NCBI GenBank assembly: GCA_963813075.1
Contig: CAWEXU010000005.1
Span: forward strand, 1-64,000
Source: Methanotrichaceae archaeon
Lineage (GTDB): Archaea > Halobacteriota > Methanosarcinia > Methanotrichales > Methanotrichaceae
Direction of reading: 5' to 3'
DNA length: 64,000 nucleotides
Positions 52,171-64,000 of this stretch are shown here, piece after piece (position 1 is the stretch's first letter; every line of letters begins with the position of its first letter). The notes below the pieces were generated by a model. That model had not been told where the DNA came from. It was given only the letters and a program-made list of their open reading frames with translations, and searched no databases. The translations under genes were made by a program, and so were the position numbers.

Positions 52171-54564
52171 GTGACAGAAGTACTGGTTAACATCACCGAG
52201 GAGATGAAGTCCTCTTACATCGATTACGCCATGAGCGTTATTGTGGGGAGGGCTCTGCCCGATGTTCGAGACGGATTGAAGCCCGTTCACCGCCGCATTC
52301 TCTATGCCATGTATGAACAGGGCATGACCCACGATCAGCCCTACAAGAAATCCGCCCGCGTGGTGGGCGATGTGATGGGCAAATACCATCCCCACGGCGA
52401 CTCGGCCATATATGAGACCATGGTCAGAATGGCCCAGACCTTCTCCATGCGCTATCCTCTGATCGATGGTCAGGGCAACTTCGGCTCCATCGACGGCGAT
52501 CCGGCAGCAGCCATGAGGTACACCGAGGTCCGGCTTTCCAAAATTGCGGAGGAGATGCTGGCTGACATCGAGAAGAACACCGTGGACTTTGTACCCAACT
52601 ACGACGGCTCGTTAAAGGAGCCGACCGTCCTCCCGGGAAAGCTTCCCAACCTGCTCCTCAACGGCTCGACTGGAATCGCTGTGGGCATGGCGACCAACAT
52701 CCCACCCCATAATCTGAATGAGCTGGCCGGGGCGATCATCTATCTGATAGACAATCCCCTGGCATCAGCGAGCGAGCTGATGCAGTATTTGCCGGGCCCG
52801 GATTTTCCTACCGGCGGCTATATCGTGGGCCGGGCGGGCATCGAGTCCGCCTATCTGACCGGCAAGGGGAGCATACTCATGCAGGCAAAGTCGGAGATCG
52901 AGGAGGGGTCCAAAAGCACCAGGATCATCTTTTCCGAGCTGCCCTATCAGGTGAACAAGGCCAAGCTGATCGAGGATATGGCGGAGATGGTCAAAGGGGG
53001 ACGGCTGGAGGGCATATCCGATCTGCGGGATGAGTCGGACAAAGATGGCATCCGCATGGTAGTGGATATCAAGACGGGATTCAATGCCAATGTGGTCTTA
53101 AATCAGCTGCATAAGCACACCGCCTTGCAGACCAGCTACGGCATCAACAACATGGTCCTGGTGGACGGGATGCCCAGGATCCTCTCCCTGAAAGAGACCC
53201 TGGAGCAGTACATCTATTACCGCTCCATAGTGGTCGAAAGGCGCACCCGCTTCGAGCTGGATGCGGCGGAGAAGAGGGCCCATATCCTGGCTGGCCTGCT
53301 CATCGCTCTGAGGAACATCGATGAGGTGATAAGGATCATCAAGGCCGCCTCAACGCCCGCTGAGGCCAGGGATGGTCTGATGGAGGCATTTCTCCTCTCC
53401 GAGGAGCAGTCGAAGGCGATTTTAGAGATGAGGCTGCAGAGGCTGACCGGTCTCGAGCAGGAGAAGATCGTCTCCGAGGCGGCAGAATTGGAGCGGCAGA
53501 TCGAGCGGCTCCGGCAGATCCTCTCCAGCAATCTGGAGATCCTGAGCATCATCAAGGATGAGCTCATGGAACTGATCAGCAAGTACGGCGACGAGCGGCG
53601 CACCCAGATCATTGAGGCCGAGGGCGAGGTCACCAATGAGGACCTCATTCAGGATGAGGAGGTGGCAGTGACCATCACCAGCTCCGGGTACATCAAGCGC
53701 CAGCCCCTCAATGCCTACCGCATGCAAAGAAGAGGCGGGAGGGGTGTTATCGGCGCTGAGACCAAGACGGAGGAGTTTGTGACCGATGTCTCCACCGCCT
53801 CCACCAAGGACTATCTGCTCTTCTTCACCGATAAGGGCAAGGCCCATTGGCTCAAGGTCTACGAGGTCCCCGCTCTGGGAAGGGTGGCGCGGGGCAAGTC
53901 CATTGTGAACCTGCTCCAGCTGGAGGCGGATGAGAGGATTGCCGGAGCCATCCCGGTGAAGAGCTTCGAGACGGGATATATCGTGCTGGTAACCAGGAGC
54001 GGCAATATTGTGAAGATGCCCTTGCAGGCCTTCTCCAATCCTCGCAAGGGAGGGATCAAGGCGGTGAACCTGAAGGGGGACAGCCTGGTCTCGGCCAAGC
54101 TGACCAATGGAGACAAAGAGCTCCTGGTGGCTACCAAGTTCGGAAAGGCCATCCGCTTCAAGGAGGGCGATGTGCGTGCCTCCAACCGGGGGACCATGGG
54201 GGTGAAAGCGATCAGCCTGAACATGGGAGACGAGCTGATCAGCATGGATGTGATTGAGTCCGGCTCAGGCTCAACTCTGCTCACCATCACCAACCAGGGC
54301 TACGGTAAGAGGACGGAACTCGAGGAGTATCCCCAGCAGAGGCGGGGGGGCAAGGGCGTCAAGAACATCGATGCCCGGAAGGGCTATGTCTGCTGCACCA
54401 CCACTGTCTCCGAGGACGACGAATTGCTGGTCACCACCAGGGACGGGGTGATAATCAGGATACCGGCCAGCGACATCCGGGTGCAGGGCCGATCGACGCA
54501 AGGGGTGCGGATCATGAATGTCAAGCCGGGAGACGAGGTGGCGGCGATAGCCAGGATCAAATGA
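52171..54564 (+). CDS. gyrA: DNA gyrase subunit A
   Basis: [29 protein letters not shown], GyrA-box QRRGGRG. Confidence 0.97.
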   Translation: MTEVLVNITEEMKSSYIDYAMSVIVGRALPDVRDGLKPVHRRILYAMYEQGMTHDQPYKKSARVVGDVMGKYHPHGDSAIYETMVRMAQTFSMRYPLIDGQGNFGSIDGDPAAAMRYTEVRLSKIAEEMLADIEKNTVDFVPNYDGSLKEPTVLPGKLPNLLLNGSTGIAVGMATNIPPHNLNELAGAIIYLIDNPLASASELMQYLPGPDFPTGGYIVGRAGIESAYLTGKGSILMQAKSEIEEGSKSTRIIFSELPYQVNKAKLIEDMAEMVKGGRLEGISDLRDESDKDGIRMVVDIKTGFNANVVLNQLHKHTALQTSYGINNMVLVDGMPRILSLKETLEQYIYYRSIVVERRTRFELDAAEKRAHILAGLLIALRNIDEVIRIIKAASTPAEARDGLMEAFLLSEEQSKAILEMRLQRLTGLEQEKIVSEAAELERQIERLRQILSSNLEILSIIKDELMELISKYGDERRTQIIEAEGEVTNEDLIQDEEVAVTITSSGYIKRQPLNAYRMQRRGGRGVIGAETKTEEFVTDVSTASTKDYLLFFTDKGKAHWLKVYEVPALGRVARGKSIVNLLQLEADERIAGAIPVKSFETGYIVLVTRSGNIVKMPLQAFSNPRKGGIKAVNLKGDSLVSAKLTNGDKELLVATKFGKAIRFKEGDVRASNRGTMGVKAISLNMGDELISMDVIESGSGSTLLTITNQGYGKRTELEEYPQQRRGGKGVKNIDARKGYVCCTTTVSEDDELLVTTRDGVIIRIPASDIRVQGRSTQGVRIMNVKPGDEVAAIARIK

Positions 54565-54673
54565 GGGAAGAGTCCGGGGGAGAGAGGCTGGGGTGCTGGA
54601 GCTTTTGTCGTTATCCCGGCCGTTGACCCCACCGGGCCGAAACGCTCATGAAAGTTCGGAATAATTGCTATCC

Positions 54674-55817
54674 TCACTGTTCGCTGTTCTCTTCTTCCCG
54701 AACTATTGCCGATAAGCTGCCGATGTATTGCCGATATTTTGCCGATAAACTATAGGATCGAGCACGACGGGAGGGATCGGCTACTTCCAGCCAGCCATCT
54801 TTAACCCAATCCGTTAGAAGGTTCCTGGCCATGCGCTCGGAGAGGCCAAGCTCTGTTGCCACCTGAGGAGCGGTGACGGTTTCCTTTGCAGCAAAGAGGC
54901 CGAGCACCACCCTTGCCCTGATGATCCAGGCGGCGCAGCTCCTCCGGCTCGGCCCCTCCCAAGGCGCACTTTTGGGCAGTGAGCCGGACGGCCTCAAAGA
55001 CTGTTGCCAGAGTGGAGATGAAGTATTCCAGCCAGGGCGTCAGATCGGCCTCGCTTCTGCCGAAGTAGTAATTGTGATGGGGATGAGTAGTCAGGGCTTG
55101 ATAGTAGCCGGGCAGATCTCGGGCGTGGTGCTCTTCCAGGGAGAAGAAGCCGTTCAGGCCGTAGCCGCCTTTGTGCAGGATAAATGTGGCCAGCAGGCGG
55201 GCGGTTCTGCCGTTGCCGTCGTAGTAGGGGTGAATGGTGACAAACTGGTAGTGGACCAGGCCGGCTATGAGGGGTGCAGGCAGCCCAGACCTCTCAGCTT
55301 CCGCTGCCCAGGCCACCAGGGAGGCCATGAGGGCTGGGACATCCTCTGCTTCCGGGGGCAGGTAGATCAAAGCGCCTGTGGAGCTGTTCTTGATGGCATT
55401 CTGGCCTTCCCGGTAGGGCGTAGGTTTCGCACGGGGGCCGACCTCGACCAGAGCATGAAGCCTCTTGATCAGCTCCTCAGTGAGCGGCTTTTTCTTCTGT
55501 GCCCAATCCTCGACCCTGAGGAGAGCGTTCCAGTAATTTCGCACCTCTGAGACATCCCTCTCCCGGCCGGCGATTTGCAGATTGGCGTCGGCGATTGCCG
55601 CCTTTGCCTGGGACAAGGTGAGGCGGTTTCCTTCAATGAAAGTGGAGTAGTGCACCGAACGCACCCGAGCATGGGCCCGAAGCTCGGCCTCGGCGGCGGG
55701 CGGCAAGGGCGTATGCTCCACTAAGGCGCGGGCTGCCTCGATCTGCATCAGGCCGCGGGCGATGGCGGGGGTGAGGGTGACGCGGGGGGACCAAGCAGTT
55801 TCTGCCAAACCAGTCAT
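54674..55817 (-). CDS. Fic family protein with C-terminal wHTH (frameshift near 54920)
   Basis: [12 protein letters not shown] catalytic motif, STFIEGN autoinhibitory-type motif; C-terminus continues in ORF 54674..54997. Confidence 0.9.
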
Positions 55818-56542
55818 AATTTCCCCAAATTTGCATTCGAAGGCATCTCATCCCACAAGCGGCCCTCAAGTTTTCGACCTGCTTTCTTCTTGTTTATGCC
55901 GCCCCATTGCTTAAAGAAAAATGGAACATCTGCTTTCTGGCATTGATCACGAATGCTAGTTACCCATGAAGGATTCATCGCTCTGGCATTGGGTCCTGAT
56001 TCTCCACCCACAATAACCCAATCGATACCTTCCAGATTAAGGTGATTCAAAGGCCCTAGCATTGGCTCAATAGAAAGGAATTTGATGTGGGCTTTTGTTT
56101 GACGAAGGTTATCTATTCGATAGCAGTAATCATTATTCTCAACGCTTACCCCCATCCAAATGTTGGGTGACCATTTCAACTCTGAATCTAGATCTAATAA
56201 TCTCCCTGACCTCTTGGTTAGAACCTGGAATCGATGCCAATGTGCCTTTTGCATCACATCAAATACTCGAAGGATGAAATCCAGCGGGACGTCTTCGTGG
56301 AAGAGATCGCTCATGGAATTAACGAAGATATTCATCGGCTTCTTCCAATGAAGTGGTGTATCTAGAGAGTTCTCGTGCAGTGTAAGCTCAAATCCGTGAG
56401 AGTAATTTGGCTGGCCCATGGCCTTGAGCCGAATGGATAGCCGCTCTGCATAACAATTTTTGCAGCCTGGGCTGACTTTTGTGCAGCCAGTCAACGGATT
56501 CCAGGTTGCTTCAGTCCATTCGATGCTCGACTTTGATCCCAT
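55814..56542 (-). CDS. DUF5131 (phage Gp37/Gp68) three-Cys, radical-SAM-related protein
   Basis: [59 protein letters not shown]. Confidence 0.93.
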   Translation of the reverse strand: MGSKSSIEWTEATWNPLTGCTKVSPGCKNCYAERLSIRLKAMGQPNYSHGFELTLHENSLDTPLHWKKPMNIFVNSMSDLFHEDVPLDFILRVFDVMQKAHWHRFQVLTKRSGRLLDLDSELKWSPNIWMGVSVENNDYCYRIDNLRQTKAHIKFLSIEPMLGPLNHLNLEGIDWVIVGGESGPNARAMNPSWVTSIRDQCQKADVPFFFKQWGGINKKKAGRKLEGRLWDEMPSNANLGKL

Positions 56543-56543
56543 C

Positions 56544-57671
56544 TTAGCTCCGTTTGCAGGGAAAAGTTACTTCAACATCGCTTGCCATGGTGACTTTATC
56601 CCCTCTTTTGGGTCTATCTATGCTTAACGGATTCGCTGAAATCTTTCCTTCCAACTCTAATTTTATCAATACATCTTTATAATTCTTTTGGATATAACTT
56701 TTATCGATGTGATGTGCTTCGAATAGTTGTTCAACTCGTAGAGTGCGACCTGCAAACTCAGCTAATAATGCACGCTCCAATTCCTCAAGAGGAGATAATT
56801 CGGACAACCGCATCTGATGAGTTTTAGTTGGGCTAAATTCAAATGATGGCACCCCCTGTTCGCAAAAAGAGCTTTCTTTACCAGTAATATCCTTGTAAAT
56901 CTTTAGAGCTGTTTTATCTTTGGTTACAAGAATTAAATAATGACTTGTGCGATCTCCTGTGTCACCCTTGAAACAGAACGGCCAAACATATGTCCCACCG
57001 ACATCGTTTAACGCTTTTTTCAGAGCTTCAACAATTATCTTCTCGCGTTCGTATTTTGTCTGACCTATTATGTTTTCTCGAAGCTGATTTGCACGTTCTT
57101 CGCCAAATAGCATATCCATGTGATCTCTGACATTTGCATTTTCTAGACCAGCATTCACACGATTATAATTGAAAAAGAAAAGGCAATCGCATCCCCATCC
57201 TTTTAAAATGGCTTTGAACAAATCAAGAGACAAACCCTTATAGCCATATGGATCAACGAAAAAGAGCGTTGGAACAAGACTCACTGAGTCTAATTCCTTT
57301 ACAATATCTTCGCCTACTTCTTCGCAAATAAAAGTTGGTTCATATTTCAATGTCTCTATTCCAGGGAGATTTAGAATTTCCTGCTCAAGTGACGTGATGT
57401 ATTCCTTATTATTATCATTGAATATTGTGGCCAATCTAGTGCGCAGATTTATGTTCTGGATTGTATCTTCGATTATGTGCAAAGGTGTCGACTTAGTTCT
57501 ATCTTCATAGAAGCCAGGACCAGCAAAAAGATCCATATAAGCTATCTTTCCATCGCCCTGTTTAACTTTCTTAATCATTATTGTCGACCAAGCAGTGAAG
57601 TATTTTCTAACAACCCTTGCTTTAATAAGAGATTGTTCTCTTGGTTCTTTGAAAAAACGAGCTGTACTCAT
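56544..57671 (-). CDS. Three-Cys-motif partner protein (TcmP-type methyltransferase-like) with C-terminal wHTH
   Basis: [32 protein letters not shown]; adjacent to DUF5131. Confidence 0.88.
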   Translation of the reverse strand: MSTARFFKEPREQSLIKARVVRKYFTAWSTIMIKKVKQGDGKIAYMDLFAGPGFYEDRTKSTPLHIIEDTIQNINLRTRLATIFNDNNKEYITSLEQEILNLPGIETLKYEPTFICEEVGEDIVKELDSVSLVPTLFFVDPYGYKGLSLDLFKAILKGWGCDCLFFFNYNRVNAGLENANVRDHMDMLFGEERANQLRENIIGQTKYEREKIIVEALKKALNDVGGTYVWPFCFKGDTGDRTSHYLILVTKDKTALKIYKDITGKESSFCEQGVPSFEFSPTKTHQMRLSELSPLEELERALLAEFAGRTLRVEQLFEAHHIDKSYIQKNYKDVLIKLELEGKISANPLSIDRPKRGDKVTMASDVEVTFPCKRS

Positions 57672-58140
57672 GTTTCGCAGCCTCTATCTGTAATCTCTAA
57701 TTCCGAAATATCAGGATCGCCAGATATCAACTTAGACAGCAATACAAGATCTTCGCTTTTATATGAACGTCCTCGATAAATAAGTGCAATGTTCGCTACT
57801 TGCTTTACCTCCCACCCCTCCGGTATCCTCCCCAGCGGCGAGTCCACCATCTGCACCTTCTCGTGCCCCGGAAAGCGGAAGTGCACGAACCACTCGCGGT
57901 AGAGCGCCTGGGCCATCTCCTCCAGGATCTTGATGCGCCGGGTGTTGTTCTCGATCAGGTCATCGTAGGCGGAGAGGATGGCGGCGATCTTGTCGGGAGG
58001 TGGATGCATTCTGAGTCTGGTAACTCAATGAGAAAATCTTTTGGTTCGTAAATCCTGGGTACCTTCATGTCTTTATTGGATATCCAGGAAATACTGCCAC
58101 ACGAATACGCTTCTTTAGCTTTAGATGGATTACAGCCTGA
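57668..58140 (-). pseudogene. hsdS: Type I restriction-modification specificity subunit remnant (both TRDs largely deleted)
   Basis: [36 protein letters not shown] and IPEGWEV conserved regions joined to LLSKLISG; a different upstream frame gives TRD1 start SGCNPSK...ISWISNKDMK. Confidence 0.85.
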
Positions 58141-58254
58141 ATGGACTTAATGCCACTTTGTAAGTTATCCTCTCCATCGATTTCTGTGTACCTTCCTTTC
58201 AGGAAACTTTTCTAATCATCTCTGCTATTTTCCCAATTTATAGTTTTATTAATA

Positions 58255-59665
58255 TTAGGTATAATCGATCTCATTAAATATGCGCATGTGATGAGAAGTT
58301 GCATCTATCAGCCATTCACGCACGAGCGATTCTCCTTTATAGACGCTTATGACCCAGATAAACCTCGGCATCGATTCTTTTAGCTTCGAGACTTTGTCTC
58401 TAAAAGGTAATCTCAGAAGCATCTTCTTATAATCTTGAACGGTAGTTAAATAGAGGTCAAAGTTCAGTCCAGGATTGCGGCTTCTCAATTGTCGGCAATA
58501 ACTATAAATTATATCAAATGTTATTCTGATCTTCGGATAGATCGGAATGAGCAGCTTATCCAAAGTGACCTCTGAATAACCCTCCCTCGTCACCCACTCG
58601 TTGTTCCATTTCAGGAACTTTCCTGTCGGAGAGGCATCTTTCACTCTGCAATAGGGCCCTATTTGATCATCATGAACATAGAGCTTGGTAACTTGACCAT
58701 TTTCATTTTGGCGAAAGCCGCAAATCACCACCGCATGATGCTCATGGTCCTCAATGAGGTCATGATCCTTTCTTATCAAGGAAATAGAGGCAACAATTGG
58801 AATGCCTGCCCGGGAAATCGCTTTAACTGCATCCGGGACCACCTCCTTAAGATATTCTTCAATCAAGGCCTTTTTATTCTCGGAATAATTATTATCATTG
58901 AGGATCTTTACCAGATAGTCTATATTCACTGTGTCATAATCAAGCCCAATGCCCTTGAAGAAATTCACCATTTGCTTTATCGTCAATCCAGTTGATGGAA
59001 AATTCCTTCCGCTTTCGATGAACTCAGTTGCTCTGCTTGTAATCTCTATGGGCGAAAATTCTTGAGTTCCGAATAGCTCATTTATCTTGCTGTTTGCCAT
59101 CCACAAAGATACTGTAGCGCAGGCAGCAACGGCACTGTCCTGAACCTGAAACGGCAAAGCATCTACGTTTAGTTGTATGCCATACAGATTCGCACTACTC
59201 TTTCTGATTATGCATTCTCTTGTATCAAAACTATCAGTTAACGGATTTAGATGGTGGTTTTAAAATCGTTCGACCAATCAGTGGCTGCCCCATGCTATAT
59301 TCAACTGGTTTAATAACGACGTAACCTAAATATGATTTTTTTAGATCATTGATTAAATCATGTTCAAGTTTTGCATCTTGAATATTATTTTGAAATAAAG
59401 ATATACTCTGCTCGAAATCCTCTTGAGAAAAGGAATTGGAAAAGAAATGAATTCTTTTAGTAAATCTTTCGATCCTCTCAAAAGAACGTGCGAAAAAGCC
59501 TGAATAATCAATCAAATAATCTTTATCTACATATTCATTCTCTATTATGCATGTTTTCGCAATCAAGGTATCTATTAGATAATCTATTATATATTGCGCT
59601 TGCGGAGAATAGCCCATATGGTCTCCCATATCATCTAAGGAGACCACGTAATCATTCTTTTCCAT
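58255..59665 (-). CDS. Papain-like/C39-like cysteine peptidase-fold protein (frameshift near 59237)
   Basis: YVDKDYLIDY, YLGYVVIKP, IGRT in 59234..59665; continues out of frame as DSFDTREC...NLYGIQLNVDALPFQVQDSAVAACAT, HHAVVICG, LYVHDDQIGPY. Confidence 0.72.
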
Positions 59666-59674
59666 GTCAAAGAC

Positions 59675-59857
59675 TTAACAGGTAAACTGTGTCTCCAAGT
59701 CTTCCGCTGAGAGATACCCGCTCACACGAGCGAACTTATCAACATCCTTGCGGACATTCGGATCATTGCACAGCCTTTTGAAGTCCCCAAAAACAGCATC
59801 AAGATCCCTCTTAAGCTCGGCAGCATCAACATCGCGGGGAACTCCAACTTTGCGCAT
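59675..59857 (-). CDS. Small hypothetical protein upstream of the peptidase gene
   Basis: 60-aa ORF with GGAG upstream, TATA-like TATATATAA near 59918-59926, 9 nt from the next start. Confidence 0.65.
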   Translation of the reverse strand: MRKVGVPRDVDAAELKRDLDAVFGDFKRLCNDPNVRKDVDKFARVSGYLSAEDLETQFTC

Positions 59858-60228
59858 TTCAGCATACTCCTAGAATTTTTGCCTACTAAGTCTATGTTAG
59901 TTATCCATTTGTTACGTTATATATAGCTTTGTTGGTCTTAATAGATATTAATACTTCTAATGCTACGATTTGGCATATCTCTTTTTGATCCGGCATTGCT
60001 TGTGCTTTTTGGAAAAGCTAGATCTAAGCTTTTAGCTGAGGTCAGTAGATGCAAGCGAATCGCCAAGCATCTCGAAAAGACTCCCGCCGGACCCATAAAC
60101 CACAAGGATTATATTCCCTCGTCCTCAGGGACTGATCATACTCTGATGTATAAGAATGCGCATAAAAGATCAATATAAACCAGCGAAACATCCCATAACG
60201 AGTAATTTCAGGCGAAGGTGAAAAGGAT

Positions 60229-61979
60229 TTGAGAAGATTGCTCTCCGGCAATGAGGCCATAGCCCGTGGGGCCTACGAGGCCGGGGTTACCGTTGGCACG
60301 GGCTATCCCGGGACCCCCTCCACCGAGATCCTGGAGAACCTGGCCCGGTACAGTCCGGAAGTCTACTGCGAGTGGTCGCCCAATGAGAAGGTGGCCTTTG
60401 AGGTGGCAGCCGGAGCCTCCCTGGCCGGGGCGCGCTCCATTGTGACCATGAAGCATGTGGGGCTGAATGTGGCTGCCGATCCGCTCATGACCCTATCTTA
60501 CATCAGCGTGGAGGGCGGGTTTGTGGCCTGCGTGGCAGACGACCCGGGGATGCACTCCTCCCAGAACGAGCAGGACACCCGCAACTATGCCCGCTTTGCT
60601 CGAGTGCCCCTGTTCGAGCCGGCGGACAGCCAGGAGGCCAAAGACCTGCTCATGCTCGCCCTCATCGTCTCCGAGCAGTTCAAGACCCCGGCCATTCTGC
60701 GCACCACGACCAGGGTCAGCCACTCTCGCAGCCTGGTGGAGCTGGGGGAGAGAGTTGAAGGGAATAAGATCGGATTTGTCAAAAATCCGCCCCGGTTCGT
60801 GCCCATACCGGTCTGGGGCCGGCCCATGCGCCAGAGGGTGGAAGATAGGCTGAAAGAGCTGCAGGCGCTCGCGGAGAAGTCGCCAGCAAACCGCATCGAG
60901 TGGCGGTCAAAAGGCCTGGGAATCATCACCTCCTCCATCGCCTACCAGTATGCCCGTGAGGTCTGGCCGGAGGCCTCGGTTCTGAAGCTGGGATTCTCCT
61001 ATCCCTTCCCGGACGCATTGATCCGGCAGTTTGCCGAAGGTGTGGACCGATTGCTGGTGGTCGAGGAACTGGATCCATTCATAGAAGAGCACGTCCAAGC
61101 CCTGGGGATAGCCTGCCAGGGGAGGGAGTATGTGCCGGGGATCATGGAGCTGTCCGTGGACCGACTGATCGAGTCCAGGAGGCTGATGGAAGGAGGAGAG
61201 GCTGCTCCGCAAGGAGGAGGATCCATTCACGGAACTTCTCCCACCCCGCCCGCCGGTGCTCTGCCCCGGCTGCCCTCACCGGGGAGTCTTCTATGCCCTC
61301 TCCAGAGAGGATGTGGTGGTCACCGGGGACATCGGATGCTACAGCCTGGGCGCTTTCCCGCCCCTGGAGCGAATGGACAGCATCCTCTGCATGGGAGCGG
61401 GAGTTTCCATGGCCCACGGCATGGAGAAGGCAGGGGAGAAGAGAAAGGTGGTGGGCGTGGTCGGTGACTCCACCTTCTTTCACTCCGGGATCACGGGGCT
61501 CTTAGATATCGTCTACAATAAGGGCCACTCCACCATAATCGTGCTGGACAACCGCACCACCGCCATGACCGGCCACCAGGACCACCCGGGCACCGGCAGG
61601 ACCATCTACTGGCGAGCCGACAGTCGCCGTCTCCATCGAGGATATCGGCCGGGCCTGCGGCGTCAAACGGGTCCGGACAATAGATCCCTACCAGCTGGAT
61701 GATACCAGAGAGGCGATCAAAGAGGAGCTGGCGGCTTTTGAGCCGTCTCTCGTCGTATCCCGCGCTCCCTGCCCCCTGCGGGAGAGAAAGAGAGTGGGAA
61801 TGATGAGAACCATCCTGGCAGAGGAGTGCCGGGCCTGCGAGCTATGCCTCTCTTTGGGCTGCCCGGCAATAGAGGGATTGGACGGGACAATGAGGATCAA
61901 CCAGGCCCTCTGTGCGGGCTGCGGCCTGTGCGAACAGCTCTGCCCTGCCGGGGCGATAGTCAGCCGGGAGGGAGCATGA
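60229..61979 (+). CDS. iorA: Indolepyruvate:ferredoxin oxidoreductase alpha subunit (two frameshifts, about 61230 and 61610)
   Basis: SGNEAIARGA, GYPGTPSTEI, KHVGLNVAAD, CPGCPHR, GDSTFFHSG, C-terminal ferredoxin motifs. Confidence 0.93.
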
Positions 61980-62569
61980 CCGAGAGGAGCCGGAATGGGA
62001 CAAAGAGCATCGTTTTCGTCGGCGTGGGCGGTCAGGGAATACTGCTGGCCAGCGAGATCTTGGCCCAGGCGGCGATGATTCAGGGCTACCAGGTCAAGAC
62101 CAATGAGGTGCACGGCATGGCCCAGAGAGGGGGCTCGGTGATGGCGCAGATTCGTTATGGGGAAGAGGTCAAGAGCCCCCTGGTCTCCAAAAGGAGCGCC
62201 CATATCCTGGGGGCGCTGGAGAAGGTGGAAGCTCTGCGCTACTGGGAGTATCTCCGGCCGGACGGCCTGGCAGCAGTCAGCAGCCAGGCTATAGTGCCGG
62301 TGACTGTCTCCTCCGGCTCCGCCCGCTACCCGGAGAATGTGGAGGACCTCTTGGCCAGAGCCTTTCCCCGGCTGGTCTATATCGATGCCCCGAAACTGGC
62401 GAAGGAGCTGGGCGATAGCAGGGCGGCTAACATCATACTATTGGGAGCGATATCCCGGGGACTGGACCTCCCACAGGAATCCTGGGAGGAGGCCATCGGC
62501 CTGTGTGTCCGGGAGAAGTTCCAGGATCTAAATTTGAAAGCGTTTTCACTTGGCAGGAGCAAAGCATGA
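61976..62569 (+). CDS. iorB: Indolepyruvate:ferredoxin oxidoreductase beta subunit
   Basis: GVGGQG, EVHGMAQRGGSV; ATGA overlap with iorA. Confidence 0.94.
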   Translation: MTERSRNGTKSIVFVGVGGQGILLASEILAQAAMIQGYQVKTNEVHGMAQRGGSVMAQIRYGEEVKSPLVSKRSAHILGALEKVEALRYWEYLRPDGLAAVSSQAIVPVTVSSGSARYPENVEDLLARAFPRLVYIDAPKLAKELGDSRAANIILLGAISRGLDLPQESWEEAIGLCVREKFQDLNLKAFSLGRSKA

Positions 62570-63848
62570 CACAGAAGGGCAATTTTCACAATGAACCGAT
62601 GGAGACGGCATCCAAAGAGAGCATTCATGAGATGCAATCCCGGCGGCTGAGGGCCATCGTCGGCACGTCTATGAATCCAATGCCGTCTACAGGCATCTAT
62701 TCGACGAGAAGGGCATCCGGCCGGAGGATATCAGGACAGCAGAGGACGTGGTCCGGCTGCCTCTGACCAGCAAGGACATCCTCCGGGAGAGCTATCCCCT
62801 GAAGATGGCCTGCGTTCCCCGCGATCAGATCGTGGAGATGCATATGTCCAGCGGCTCCACCGGCACCCCGGTGGTCATGCCCTACACCCGCCCGGACCTG
62901 GATCAATGGGCGGAATGCATGGCCCGCTGCTACCGCATGGCCGGGGCAAAGCCCGGGGACGCCACCCAGATCACCCCTCTTTTCGGCCTTTTCAATGGCG
63001 GCTTTGGCATGTATCATGGCGCTCGGGCCGCAGGGCTTTTTGTGATCCCCGCCGGTCCGGGAAACACCGCCCGGCAGATCCGCCTGGCAAAAGATCTGAA
63101 GACCAGGGTGTTCACCGGCGTCGTGAGCTACGGCATCCGGCTGATGGAGGTTCTGGCCGAAGAGAAGGAGAGCCTGCCCGATCTGGAGATAGGCATCTTC
63201 GGAGCGGAGGTTTTCAGTGACTCCATGAAAAAGAAGATCTCTTCGGGCCTGGACATCGATGTCTTCGACATATACGGCATGACTGAGTCCGGCGGGGTGG
63301 GCACTTTAGGCATGGACTGCCCGGCACACGATGGAATCCACGTCTGGGAGGACCAGTACATCCTGGAGGTTATCGATCCCAAGACGGGAGAGCCGGTGGA
63401 TGACGGGGAGGAAGGGGAGCTGGTCTTCACCTCTCTCACCCGGCAGGCGCTGCCCATGATCCGCTTCCGGACCGCCGACCTCACCCGTGTCATATCCCGG
63501 GACCGGTGCGAATGCGGCAGAACTCACGTTCGTCTGGCACCGATAACCGGGCGACGAGATGACATGTTGATTGTGAAAGGGGTGAACTTCTTCCCCAAGC
63601 AGATCGAGCAAACCCTCCTGGGAATACCGGGCATCGGAAACAACTACCAGATCATAGTGGAAGAGATAGACGGTGTCAATAGCGTCCGGGTCAATGTCGA
63701 GGCCGAGTCGGGTGTGACCGGCTATATGGTGGAAAAGGCGCTCAAAGAGGCGCTGGGATTCTCCCCCAAGGGAGACGTCTTCCCCCTGGGAGGGCTGCCC
63801 CGCCAGGAAGGAAAGGCAAAGAGGGTGTTTCATAATAAGATCAAATAA
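62566..63848 (+). CDS. paaK: Phenylacetate-CoA ligase (frameshift near 62660)
   Basis: HMSSGSTGTP, IYGMTE, RFRTAD, GRRDDMLIVKGVNFFP; ATGA overlap with iorB. Confidence 0.9.
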
Positions 63849-64000
63849 CTATTTTTCTCTTCCATGATGTTCAGATGAGCCTGATACAAGACTTAAGGCT
63901 AAATAGATACAAGTCCAGTCAGGATTCATTGAGGTGTAAATCGTTGAGATTCAATTGCTTATGCTTAGCTCTCTTGGCCCTGGTCACCGGCCTGGGAGTG

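Overview
Archaeal methanogen chromosome segment, most likely Methanothrix (Methanosaeta)-like. This is inferred from the methanogen-type SerRS, archaeal RFC/Pcc1/uS15/AglB, bacterial-type gyrase and fairly high GC. It is mostly housekeeping: five aminoacyl-tRNA synthetases, an rtcB/archease/trmJ RNA-processing cluster, class III RNR, gyrBA, iorAB-paaK, tRNA-Ala(GGC) and tRNA-Cys(GCA). Many single-base frameshifts, including in essential hisS and trpS, suggest uncorrected long-read indels. Accessory highlights: (1) a tnpB-only IS200/IS605 element (27458-28680) whose ends, TTTAT target motif and guide sequence can be read from the sequence; (2) a largely AT-rich island (about 54.7-59.9 kb) with a coupled hsdS-remnant/TcmP-type methyltransferase/DUF5131/Fic operon plus a small-protein + papain-like peptidase pair; (3) a secreted two-gene module with Asn-rich beta-repeats and a 7-Cys linker, a candidate fibre/amyloid system; (4) a repeat-built 22-codon mini-ORF between archease and rtcB that ends like archease. 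All family calls come from motif recognition, not database searches.
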